64,000 bases of DNA, taken from positions 168,394,001-168,458,000 of the forward strand of contig NC_086097.1 in the NCBI RefSeq assembly GCF_963921235.1, written 5' to 3'. The position numbers and the translations under genes are program-made. The DNA comes from Mobula hypostoma (Eukaryota). Positions 39,951 to 51,748 of this stretch are shown piece after piece (position 1 is the stretch's first letter; every line of letters starts with the position of its first letter). Below the pieces are notes generated by a model. It had not been told where the DNA came from and did no database searches. It saw only the letters and a program-made list of their open reading frames with translations.

Positions 39951-42063
39951 TACCTCCTTCTCTCTCCACCTTGTTATTGGGGCTTCTGCCCCCACCCTTT
40001 TCAGTCCTGGTAAAAGGTTCTCAACCGAAAACGTTAAGTTTACGTCCCTCCATAGATGCTACCTGACCTGCTAACCTCCTGCAGCATTCTATGCGTGTTG
40101 CATGTATCTCTGACAAAAAGGACTTGCATTTATACAAAAAATAGTCTCATAGGATGCTTTCTGTCTATTTGGTGGGGTGGATTGGAGCTTCTTTTTATAC
40201 CTCATTTCATTCTGTACTTTGCTGCCACCCTCATTTATTCTACTTCCATCCCTGGAGTGGGACTTGAATCCACAACCTTCTGACCCTGATGTGAGAGTTC
40301 TGCGAAAATAGCTATGGTTGACACTGATCAAGCCTATCCAGTACCAGGCCAACGTTACAGCAAGATCCAAAAAAGTACAATGAAAAGTCACCTCACTAGT
40401 CCACTGCTCATGTGCTCTCTTAATGAATCAATTCATATCATTGCAGCTATTAGACCACCCTGCGATCGTGCAATCCCTAAAAGCGAACAAAATAAAACCT
40501 GAGATCAATTTAGTAAATAAAGACAGAATGTGCTATAAATACTCAACAACTTAGACAGCATCTATGGAGAGAAAATTGGAATTAGCATCTCAGGCCTCAT
40601 GTTGGAAGTGGAAAAAGTTAGATATAGAGATATAGAGAAGAGTGGGAGGGGAGGCACAAGTAAAGCTCTGATATGTGTTGGAATGCAGGAGAGATTGAAC
40701 AATCAAAATTATGGTATAAAGCCAAAAGGATGATAGTAGAATAAAAATATTGATCCACCAAAGGTCTTATTTGAATTATTAGAATTACTGTATGAAATTT
40801 TTAAATTTAGAGGATTGGATTGTGCTTGGGATTGAATAGTCCACAAGCCCAGGGGGGTCATATCATTGGGAGAATTAACTAAAATAAATGTGTCAACTAT
40901 GTTAAGTAACTTCATTGAATTCATAATGCTGGAAGCACTACACCATCTAACTTGTGATTCCTTCCACTTGCAGAAATAAATCTATCTCCTACTCCAACAC
41001 GTACAGTGAATTCGTACCTGTCGGCAACTTATTCCAGATGTTCGTGACTTTCAAGGAAAAGTAATTCCATTTATGATATCTAATTTCATTGTCTATTGAG
41101 GTCTTCTTTTTCTTATCGGTTCCTTTGGGTTTCTTTGTTTTGTGGCTGTCTGCTAGATGAATCTCAAGGCTGTATAATGTATATATACTTTGATAACAAA
41201 CGTACTTTGAACTTTGGTAACATGATGATATAAAATAAGAACTCTATAAATTATAGTCATAACCACTGCCAAAGTGGTTGTCCTCCCAAAGTGCAACACC
41301 TCACACTTATTTGAATTAAATTACATCTGCCATTTTTCAGCCCATTTTTCCAGCTGGTCCAGATCCAGCTGCAAGTTTTGATTGCCTATCTCGCTGTCCA
41401 TTACACCCCCAATTTTGATGTCATCTGCAAATTTGCTGATCTAGGGTTTACCACATTATTATCAATGTTACAATGGAACAACATTAGCTATTGTCTAGTT
41501 CTGTTGCACCTCCCCCATGGCTGAGGACGTTTTAAGTACCTTTGCCCGAACTCTTGAAATTTCTGCACTAGCCTGCCAGAAAGTCCCGGGGAACACTTTA
41601 TCAGGCACTGGGGACTTATCCATTCTAATTTTCCTCAAGACAGCAAGAGGAAATCTGTAATCTGAATATGGTCCATGACCTCACTACTGGGGTCCGAGTC
41701 CATAGGACACTCAAAGCTGCTGCGGAGGTTGACTCTGTGGTTAAGAAGGGATACAGTGCATTGGCCTTCATCAACCGTGGGATTGAGTTTAAGCCAAGAG
41801 GAAATATTAGATTAGATTACGAGGATACCCAGTCCTCGTTTATTGTCATTTAGAAATGCATGCATTAAAAAACGATACAATTTTCCTCCAAAATGATATC
41901 ACAAAAAAAGGACAAACCAAGACTAAAACTGATGAAATCACATAATTATAACATATAGTTACAACAATACAAAGCAATACCATAATTTGAAAAAGAGCTT
42001 GATAAAGAGCAGACCATGGGCATGGTAAAAAAAAGTCTCAAAGTCCCGATCGACTCATCATCT

Positions 42064-43879
42064 TTTTTTTTAAATCTTTTTATTGAGTAAGTATACAAAA
42101 AAGGTAAACCATATAAACATTAATACAATGTTAAAGTATAATAAAATTCCAAAAGATAACAATACCAAAAAGAAAATACTACAATGTAATTTAAGCATAA
42201 GAAACCAAGATAACATAATAGTTTACTAAATTTTATATATATCAATGGAAAAAAAGAAAAAAAAACCCCAAAAAAAACCCACCGTGCAACTAACTAAAAG
42301 CAAGGCAAAGCAATGGGCTAACTTGAAACCAAACAGAGTTAAACTTAAAATCACGTCCTCAATCCCGACCTCCATTAAAACAGTGAAAAAAAAACAAGAA
42401 GGGTAAATATTACATTAAATGAAAATATCGAATAAAAGGTCCCCAAATCTGTTCAAATTTAAATGAAGAATCATAAAGGTTACTTCTAATTTTCTCCAGA
42501 TTCAAACATAAAATCGTCTGAGAAAACCAAAAAAAGGTAGTTGGGGCATTAAGCTCTTTCCAATGTTGTAAAATACATCTTTTCGCCATTAAAGTAAGAA
42601 ATGCAATCATTCTACGGGCTGAAGGGGAAAGATTACTAGAAATTTTAGGTAGTCCAAAGATAGCAGTAATAGAAGCAAAACATTTATAAAATTCAACGGT
42701 AAATCCATCAGGGCCAGGAGCTTTCCCCAGATTCATAGAAAAAATAACATTCTTAATCTCATCCATTGTAATGGAAGTATCTAATAAAGAAGACATATCC
42801 CGTGAAATCTGAGGGAAGTCTAACTTATCTAAAAAATCATTCATATATTTAGAATCTCGAGGAGACTCTGATTGATATAAAGAAGAATAAAAATCACAAA
42901 AGGTTTGATTAATCCCCACATGATCCAATATCAATCGATCATTTTGGTTATAAATCTGATTGATTTGAGATTTAACATAATTAGATTTCAATTGATTAGC
43001 CAGCAGCTTGCCAATTTTATCACTGTGAACATAAAAATCACTTCTTGTTTTCTTTAATTGGTTTACAATCGAGGACGAGAGTAGTAAACTGTGTTCCATT
43101 TGAAGTTCAGTTCTTTGTTTGTATAGCTCCTCAGAAGGAGCCATAACATATTTCTTATCAATTTCTTTAATCTTGTCCACAATTGCCATCTCCTCCTGCT
43201 TCTGTTTCTTCCTCAAAGCAACGGAATACGAAATAATCTGACCCCGAATATAGGCTTTAAAAGTGTCCCAAAGAGTGTTAACCGAAATATCTTCTGTATA
43301 GTTAATTGTAAAAAAAAGCTCAATCTGTTCATTCATAAAATTAACAAAGTCTGAGTCCTGAAGCAACAACGAATTAAAACGCCATTGTCTATTGTTTGGT
43401 ATATTGGCCATAATTTTAATAGAAAGCTTAAGTGGAGCATGATCCGAAATGGTTATAGAATCATAATCACATTTAATCACTGAAGGAATGAGACGAGAAT
43501 CAATGAAAAAATAATCAATTCTTGAATAGGAATGATGAACATGTGAAAAGAAGGAAAAATCTTTTTCCTGAGGATGCAGAAAACGCCAAATGTCTGTCGA
43601 CCCAGAATCAGAAAGGAAAAAATTAATCAAATTTGCAGATTTATTAGGTAAAGTCCGTAAAGGAGCCGAACGGTCCAAAGCTGGAGATAAACAGGTATTA
43701 AGATCTCCGCCCCAAATCAATGAAAACTCGTTCAAATTCGGAAACTGATCAAACAATGATTTATAAAATTCCGGACAATCCATATTAGGAGCATAAACAT
43801 TAACCAAAACTACTTTTTTATTAAATAGTAAACCACTAACCAATAAAAATCTACCATTCGGATCAGAGATAATATCCTG
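42064..43879 (-). mobile_element. L1-clade LINE, 5'-truncated and internally deleted
   Basis: TSD GACTCATCATCT (42052-42063 and 43880-43891); AATAAA plus poly(A) on the minus strand; APE endonuclease motifs. Confidence 0.9.
42410..43843 (-). CDS. L1 ORF2 remnant, 477 open codons: partial APE endonuclease and linker fused to the ORF2 C-terminus, RT domain missing
   Basis: NVYAPN, GGDLN, YSRIDYFF, SDHAPL, WRFN, KAPGPDGF, followed directly by the C-terminal LMAKRCILQHWK...FEQIWGPF. Confidence 0.8.
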   Translation of the reverse strand: MVSGLLFNKKVVLVNVYAPNMDCPEFYKSLFDQFPNLNEFSLIWGGDLNTCLSPALDRSAPLRTLPNKSANLINFFLSDSGSTDIWRFLHPQEKDFSFFSHVHHSYSRIDYFFIDSRLIPSVIKCDYDSITISDHAPLKLSIKIMANIPNNRQWRFNSLLLQDSDFVNFMNEQIELFFTINYTEDISVNTLWDTFKAYIRGQIISYSVALRKKQKQEEMAIVDKIKEIDKKYVMAPSEELYKQRTELQMEHSLLLSSSIVNQLKKTRSDFYVHSDKIGKLLANQLKSNYVKSQINQIYNQNDRLILDHVGINQTFCDFYSSLYQSESPRDSKYMNDFLDKLDFPQISRDMSSLLDTSITMDEIKNVIFSMNLGKAPGPDGFTVEFYKCFASITAIFGLPKISSNLSPSARRMIAFLTLMAKRCILQHWKELNAPTTFFWFSQTILCLNLEKIRSNLYDSSFKFEQIWGPFIRYFHLM

Positions 43880-44757
43880 GACTCATCATCTAACGCAGGC
43901 AGCAGAAGGGAGAAACTCTCCCTGCCATGAACCTCCAAGCACCAACAACTTGCCAATGCATCGGAAGCACCTGACCGCAGCCGACTCTGAGTCTGTCTGA
44001 AAACTTCGAGCCCCTGACCAGCCCCTCCGATACAGCCTCTCCGAGCACCATCCTCTGCCGAGCGCTTCGAACCCGCCCCGGCTGCCGAGCAACAAGCAAA
44101 GCCGAGGACTCGGGGCCTTCTCCTCCAGAGATTCCGGACCACACAGTAGCAGCAGCAGCGAAGCAGGCATTTCAGAAGTTTCTCCAGATGTTCCTCCGTG
44201 CTCTCACGTCCGTCTCCATCAAATCAGGATTGTGCATGGCACCCTACTTGACAAACAACAGACATTATATTAATATTACAGTTATATAGGACCCTGGTCA
44301 GACCCCACTTGGAGTACTGTGCTCAATTCTGGTCACCTCACTACAGGAGGGATGTGGAAGCTATAGAAAGGGTGCAGAGGAGATTTACAAGGATGTTGCC
44401 TGGATTGGGGAGCATACCTTATGAGAATAGGTTGAGTGAACTTGACCTTTTCTCCTTGGAGCGACAGAGGATGAGATATGACCTGATAGAAGTGTACAAG
44501 ATCATGAGAGGCATTGATTGTGTTGATAGTCAGAGGCTTTTTCCCAGGGCTGAAATGGCTAGCACGAGCGGGCACAGTTTTAAGGTGCTTGGAGGTAGGT
44601 ACAGAGGAGATGTCAGGGGTAAGTTTTTTACACAGAGAGTGGTGAATGCGTGGAATGGGCTGCTGGTGGCGGCGGTGGAGGCGGAAATGATAGGGTCTTT
44701 TAAGAGACTCTTGGATAGGTACATGGAGCTTAGAAAAATAGAAGGCCAAGGGTAAAC

Positions 44758-46519
44758 TGTCATGGTCTGGATCGGGGTCCCTTTAAATTTCCTTGTTTAT
44801 GTTATGATCCGGACTGTTGATTCCCTGTTTTCCCGTGTCCCTCGACTTTGGTGATTAGAGGCAATTAACGCTCGGCTGAACCGATAGTTTATAGTCTCCA
44901 GCTTTCAGCCGTTCAGCGTGGGAGCGTCTGCAAAGCCATCTAAGGTACGGTGTGCCGATGTCATCTGGCCGGAGCAAGTCTAGTCTCTGCCGAAGCGAGT
45001 GCCGGTAATTCGCCTTTTCCTCACCGGAGCAACCCTGTCCAGTTACCTCACCAAAGTGAGCCTGCAAAGTTTCCTCACCGAGGTGGGTCCGTCAGTTAAC
45101 CCACCGGAGGGAATCAAGAACCGCTGTTTACCGTTTCTGGGCCGAGTCGAGAGCTCGCCACTACCCAGAGGCTCCAAGTCAAGTCCTGGCTCTGGGGGCA
45201 TTCAAGTACCAAGTCAAGTACTGGCTCCGGGGGCATTCAAGCACCAAGTCAAGTCCTGGCTCCGGCGGTATTCAAGCACCAAGTCAAGTCCTGGCCCTGG
45301 TGGCATTCAAGCACCAAGTCAAGTCCTCGCCCTGGCGGCATTCAAGCACCAAGTCAAGTCCTTTCCCTGGCGGCATTCTAGCACCAAGTCAAGTCCTGTC
45401 CCTAGTGGCATTCAAGCACCAAGTCAAGCCCTGGCCCTGGCGGCATTCAAGCACCCAGTCAAGTCCTGGTCCTGGCGGCATTCTAGCACCAAGTCAAGTC
45501 CTGTCCCTAGTGGCATTCAAGCACCAAGTCAAGTCCCGGTCCTGGCGGCATTCAAGCACCAAGTCAAGCCCTGGCCCTGGCGGTCTGTGATTCCTGTCCT
45601 ACCCCTTGTCTGAATCCCTCCTCTACCCCTCTCGCCTCTAGCCCTCATCTGCAGCCCCCGCCTGCACTTCGGTCTAGTTCCATCGCTGAAGCTGGATAGG
45701 TACTGTCTGGTGTTCATTCGTGTTGGTCTTGTCTTGTCTTGTCCTCGCCTCCGTGGGGTAAGTCAGGCCATCTTGCCATTGCTCCGCAGGGGGTCATGTT
45801 CTGTCTTGTCTGGTCCTTTCCTCCGTGGGGTAAGTCAGGCCGTCTTGCCGTTGCCCCGCGGGGAGTCATGTCTTGTCTTGCCTTGTCCTCGCCTCCATGG
45901 GGTAGGTCAGGCCGTCTTGCCATTGCCCCGCGGGGGGGGGGTCATGTTTTGTCTTGTCTTGTCCTTGCCTCCGTGGGGTAAGTCAGGCCATCTTGCCGTT
46001 GCCCCGCTGAGGGTCATGAGTCCCAGCCCTATGTCCTGTACCCAAGGAGGGGTCCCGGCTCTCTGTTCTATGTGTGAGTCCCGGCCCTATGTCCTGTACC
46101 CAAGGAGGGGTCCCGACTCTGTGTTCTGTGTATGTGTCCATGGTTCCATGTACCTGCTCTCCGGAGACCGAGGCTCTGTGTTCCTATGTTCCTCCTCTCC
46201 CTAGCCCATGTCATGTCCATGCCTGGTTCTGGGGTCCAAGCCCGAGGCAAGACCCAGGTACTGGGTTTTGCCCAGTCTCTGGCTCGGAGTCCATACCCTA
46301 GCCTCTTCATGTCTCCTCTAGTTCTGGGAGCCGATTCCAAGCCCAAGCCCAGACCCTTAGTCCCAGCCTAGTTGTAGTCCTGAATCCTTGTCCAGTTCGC
46401 TATTCCTGCTCCTGCCTTGCTCTCCTGGTATCGAACAATAAATTAAATCTAAGTAACCTCACAAGATGTGTCTTGCATTTGGGTCCACCCTTGCTCCCAA
46501 TACCCCCATCATTGTGACA
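44758..46519 (+). mobile_element. Complete 1762-bp solo LTR-like element with internal minisatellites
   Basis: TGTCA...TGACA termini; 5-bp TSD TAAAC (44753-44757 and 46520-46524); AATAAA at 46437. Confidence 0.8.
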
Positions 46520-49500
46520 TAAACCTATGTAGTTCTAAGGTAAGAACATGTTCAACACAGCTTTGTGAGCTGAAGGGCCTGTATTGTGCTGTAGGTTTTA
46601 TATGTTTCTATGTTACAGTTTTGTCTCAGTTCTCTGCTCCGTGCATACAGTAGATGACCATGCTGATCTTCAATTGGAATATTCCTTATAATTCCTTATT
46701 ATCCCTTTGCTCTTAAAATATCCGTAGAAACCCTTAAGATTCTCCTACACCTTGTCTGCCAGAACAATTTCATGCCTTCTTTTATTCCTCCTGATTTCCC
46801 CCTTATGTACCCACACACAGCTCTTACACTCTTCAAGCACCTCAGTTGTTCTCTGCTGCCTGTACTTACTGTGCACCTTTGTTTCTTTATAACCTCAATA
46901 ACTCCAGAAAACCAAGGTCTCCTAAACCTGTTAGCCTTGCCTTTTATTCTACAGGAACATACAAATTCTGTTCTCTCACTACTTCAACACCACCTTTGAA
47001 TGCCGCTCACTTCTAAGCATCACTTTGTCAGGAAACAACCTATCCCAAAACACATTTGCCAGATCCTTTCTGATGCCATCAAAATTGGCCTTTCACCTAT
47101 TTAGAATCTCAAACCGAGGACCAGACCTATCCTTCTTTATCATTATCTTGAAACTAATGGAATGAAACACTAGTTTCAAAGTTGGAAATATAATTATGTA
47201 CAAAAGATTAAGAAAACTTGAAAAATAATGATAAGTGCCGTATTGGGTTTGATATAAGAATAAAAACACAAAGTTCAGACTAAAATAAAATGATTTGGTT
47301 TAGCCTATCTGGTTGGAAATGCTAGGAAATATATCAGCTGATCAGATGTGGGAATATTTGAAATTAGAATGCAAACAAACCCTTCATGGATGAATAAGAA
47401 ACATCTTCTTGGGGTTATAAATTTGTTTAAAACAATTTTTGACTCCTATCAGAAAAACAGCTGAAATCACACAAAACTGTTTTACCAGGTAGACAAAAGA
47501 AAGGAAAATCACAGTTACAAATTACGACGGGGATAAAGCATGCTATCTTCCTAAACGGTAGGTAGATAGATAAGATACTTAATTGATCCCAAAGGAAATT
47601 ATAGTGTCACAGTAGCATTACAAGTGCACAGATATGCCAATATTAGGAGAGGTAAGAGTTGACGTGTCTGTGTGAATGATAGCGATAGATGAACGACTGT
47701 ACCTTATTACTAACGTTCTTATGCCAGTAAACACATAACGGACTGCTCTCGGCGGCGAGTGTTGTTGAAACTCTAACTCTTGCCACGCTCAGCCGTCTGC
47801 TGCTATTTAAAAATAACAGATCAGGAGATGGCTAAGCGTAATTTTGTCTTCTTACTGGTGACCTTTTAATTTATTTTAACATTTTAAGTGTAAGGCTGCA
47901 AGAATTTTAGCAGAGCCTCCAACTCGTCTTAGTGCACTTTCAACCCTCGTAGTCACCGGAACTGCTCATTGATACCGATATTAATGCGTCTTGCGCCATG
48001 ACGCACCTCTCACCCTGCACAATTGATTCATCATAAACCCCAGTCCCAACTCAACAAAGTAACTTTGACTCAAGCCCAAACCTTGACATGGGCTTTCTCG
48101 CCACTTTGCTTTTCCGTATTTGCAAATATTTCTATTTTTGTTTTTTTGTACTGGTTTTCATTATTGTTATAACTTTCCTTTCTATTTTCGACCTAGAATC
48201 CTACTTGCCTAACTACCAAGTATTTTAGTGGCCATTGCCAATAGTCATTCACTGCGCGAGATCAGACTAAGCAAAACTGTCGACGTGACGCTGAAATAGT
48301 ATGGAATGAGATAGAAGGTGAGGCAGATTACAAACGCATCTAAATTCGAGTAATTATGGTTTAATCATTTTTGGATATTGCAAAATACATGATAAATGAA
48401 CCGACTTTCTCTCTTAGTTTGTGGATTCCTTGGGAATGGCAAATGAATTGCTGTCGCGGAATACCAAAGTTGCGTGGGATTTTTCTAATTGCGAAAGGGA
48501 GTTTTTAAGGTCTTTATCCAGCACTGCTAACAACAAAGCGCTGTGGGTTATTTAGCAGAAACTCTCGCCGGAGTCCCACATACTAATAATTTTTTTGGAC
48601 GGTTATCCATCAGACTAGATCATACAGATTAAAAATAAACAAAATCATAAAACAGTGCAGCAATAAACATCAAAACATTTAAAAAGAACTGTACAAATTT
48701 ATTAACACCAGATCCGAAATATCGGTTAACTTTTCAGATGGGACCTGTTCTTGGAGCGTCTAATTAACGTTAATCCAACAAACACTGACCTTCATTATAC
48801 TTTTCTGCTTGTAAGATTTTTACTTTACTAATTTTAGGGTTAGTCGTCTGGGCGAGGACTTCTTCCTCATCAGTAACATAATAGGATTATTTGAAATAAG
48901 CAGATCTAAACTGATCAAAGACAAATTGACAAAAATCTGAAATAATGGATGTTTACTGAGTTCAGAAATAGGATGTCTTTTTAAGTTTCAAAATTTATTT
49001 GATAAGAGTTTCCTCGTGTGTTGTGCAAGGGAACTTGTATGTATCACTTCTTTGCCTTTCACAGGAACTGTCAGAACAATACTGAGACACAAGAGGGAGC
49101 AGATACTCTAACCCGGAGCGAAAAAAATCGAACTGCTGGAATAACTCAGCCGGGACCCTCCTTCTGCCTTTACAGATGCTGCCTGAGTCGCTGAGTTTCT
49201 CCGGGGAGGGGTGTTTAAACAACACTAGTAATCTCAATTTAAAACGCTGGATGCTCTGAGCAGGATCTGTTGAAATCAGATGAACAGTCATCGAAATAAA
49301 ACATTAACTCAAGTGTTGCCAGTTCAGATGCTGCTTAAACCGTCCGGTATTCCTATGCCATAAATATTAGTGGCTGCCTGTAACTGAAACAATTCCAAGG
49401 ACTGCAATAGTCGGGATGGAGAATTGAAAGATGTCACTGACCACCGTCATTGGGGACGAAGACGGAGGCGGGGCTGGACGTGGCGCGAACGTGCGCTGGG

Positions 49501-50296
49501 GTGGGGGAAGAATGCGCGCTCGTAGCCGCGGCGAAGCGGCTTGGGTGCGCGCTGATGGGCTCGGTGCGAGTCCACGGCTCGAGAAAAGAGTAAACTCAGT
49601 AGATCCTACAGATGCTGGAAATTTTAAGCAACACACAAAATGCCAGGGGAGCTCAGCAAGTCATGGAACATCTATGGAGGGGAATAAACAATCGACGTTT
49701 CTGGCCGAGCCCCTTCATCAAGGCTGGTATGGAAGAAAACAGATGTCATAATATGAAGGTGGGGTTGGGAGAGGAGTACAGGCTGGCAGGTGATAGGTGA
49801 GACCAGCTGAGGGGGAACGCGGGTGGGGATGAAGTGGGAGGGTGAACGGGTCGGGGATAGGAAATGAGGTAAGAAACTGAGAGGGGATAGGTGAGAGAGG
49901 TAGAGGGTTAAATAAGAAGGAATCTAATAGGAAAGGACAGTGGACCATGGAAGAAAGGGAAGGTGGAGGGAAATCAGAGAAGATGATGGGGAATGGTAAT
50001 GAATAGAGAGAAGGGTGCGAGGGTGACCAGAAATTAAAATGGAAAGAGAGGGGGAGTAAAATTAATCCTTTAAAATGTACAGAGTCTTCCCTACTGCCAT
50101 AGTGAGGCCAAATTCGGGTTGGAGGAGCAACACCTCATATTCCGCCTGGAGGTACGTACACGGATTTCTTTAAACTGGGCAAGTCTGTGGGCGGGACTAT
50201 GGGAACGAGACGATTGGCTGAGCAGGGGAGATTGTGGGCGGGACGACGCGGCTGACGGACCTACCAGTGAGTGGGACTATTTGTCGGGAGAATGAA

Positions 50297-50334
50297 CAGC
50301 CGACGTTTCGGGCTGAGACCCTTCATCAGGACTG
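50297..50334 (-). ncRNA. Minimal hammerhead ribozyme motif (duplicate of 5409-5446)
   Basis: Same sequence as copy 1. Confidence 0.65.
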
Positions 50335-51716
50335 AAAAGGAAGAGGGCAGAAACCAGAGTAGGAAAATGCGTGGAGGGGAAGGAGAGCAAGCTGGCAGGT
50401 GATAGGTGAGACCAGGTGAAGGGATGAAGTAAGAAGGTAGGAGATGGTCACCGGGAGTTCCTGCCATTTGCGGCGGATAAAGCGGTCTCCTAATCTGTAC
50501 CGGGTCTCACCGATTTAGAGGAGGACACATCAGGAACCCCGGCATACTCACAGGTGAAGCGTCGCTCACCTGGAAGGACCGTCTGGGGCTCTGAATAGTC
50601 ATGAAGGAGGAGGTGTAGGGACAGGTGTAGCATTCGTCACAGGTAAAAGTAGAGAGCGATTCCTGCGGAAAGGGGTGGGGGAGACGTTGGGTGGAAGGGA
50701 AAGGTGTGTTGTTGGAGCTGGCGGAAATAATGAAGAATGATGTACTGGATCCGTCGATTCGTGGGGTGGTAGGTAAAGGGGAGGGGAACTCCATCTCTAA
50801 TATGGTGGCTGGAAGATGTGGTGAGAGCAGATGTGCTGGAAATGGAGATGTGGGTGAGGGCAACATCGACAGTGGTGGAAGGGAGACCACGTCCTTTGAA
50901 AGAAAGAGGCCATCTCAGATGTCCTGGGATGGAAAACCTCATCCTAAGAACACATGCGGTAGAGGCGGAGGAATTGAGAGAAGGAAGAACCATTTTTTTT
51001 CAAGTGCCGGAATGGGAAAGAGGAATAGTCAAGATAGCCGTGAGAGTCAGTAGATTTGCAAAACAAATCTGTAACCAGAGATGGAGACAGAGACAGAGAG
51101 CTCGAGAGCAGTGTGCGAGGTGGACCAAGTAAATTTGAGGGCGGGGTGGAAGTTCAAAGTAAAATTGATGAAATAGGCGGGCTCAGCACGGGGTACAGGA
51201 AGCAGCACTGATGTAGCGCTGAAAAAGGTGGGGGGCGTTAACATTTTAGGCTTGGAACATGGACTATTCTACGTAGCCTACGAAAATGCAGACATAGCAA
51301 GGGCCCCTGGCTACGCATTTAATTTGGAGAAAATGGGAAGCGTCGAAAGAGAAATGGTTGAATGTGACGATTAATCCGAGGAGGGGAGCTGGTTGAAAGA
51401 AAGAAGCAGAGAGCTTTAACGGTGGCTGAAAACTGTAGGAGTGGGCGTTCTATGGGCGTCGCGTAAACGTTGTCATGCACGCCTGCCCTGGAGGCGGAGC
51501 GACGGGCGGCAGCGCGCCCTGGTGCTCGCTCCCACGGATGGCAGCGGCTGAATCCATCTCCTCCGGAGCGGAGCCGCAGCTCGAGCCCGGCGCCGGTTAA
51601 CTGGCCGTTTGTAGTCACGGAAGCCGCCGAGTCTGTCGGCGACCGGGCCGGTCACTGAGGGCTGTTGGCGGACGCAGCGGCCGCTGCTGCAGCCGCCGGT
51701 GCCGCAGAACGACGAC

Positions 51717-51748
51717 ATGAGGATCTGGAGCTCGGAGCATTTGTTCAG
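51717..51748 (+). CDS. PRELID3A: PRELID3A copy 2, coding exon 1
   Basis: Same as 6829-6860. Confidence 0.88.

Larger units (their letters stand above)
41810..44271 (-). mobile_element. Unclassified non-coding retroposon (~0.6 kb excluding the nested L1)
   Basis: TSD AATATTA (41803-41809 and 44272-44278); minus-strand 3' end AATAAA...(TAATC)n. Confidence 0.65.
41691..46603 (+). mobile_element. CR1 LINE 3' part split into 41691-41809, 44272-44757 and 46520-46603 by later insertions
   Basis: VRVHRTLKAAAEVDSVVKKGYSALAFINRGIEFK continues as EYCAQFWSPHYRRDVEAIERVQRRFTRMLPGL; CR1 tail TTCTATGTT at the end. Confidence 0.85.

Noticed and set aside
43810..44170. Three overlapping GC-rich minus-strand ORFs as L1 ORF1 or 5' UTR
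   Set aside because: They lie mostly outside the L1 TSD and belong to the host retroposon; no recognisable domain.
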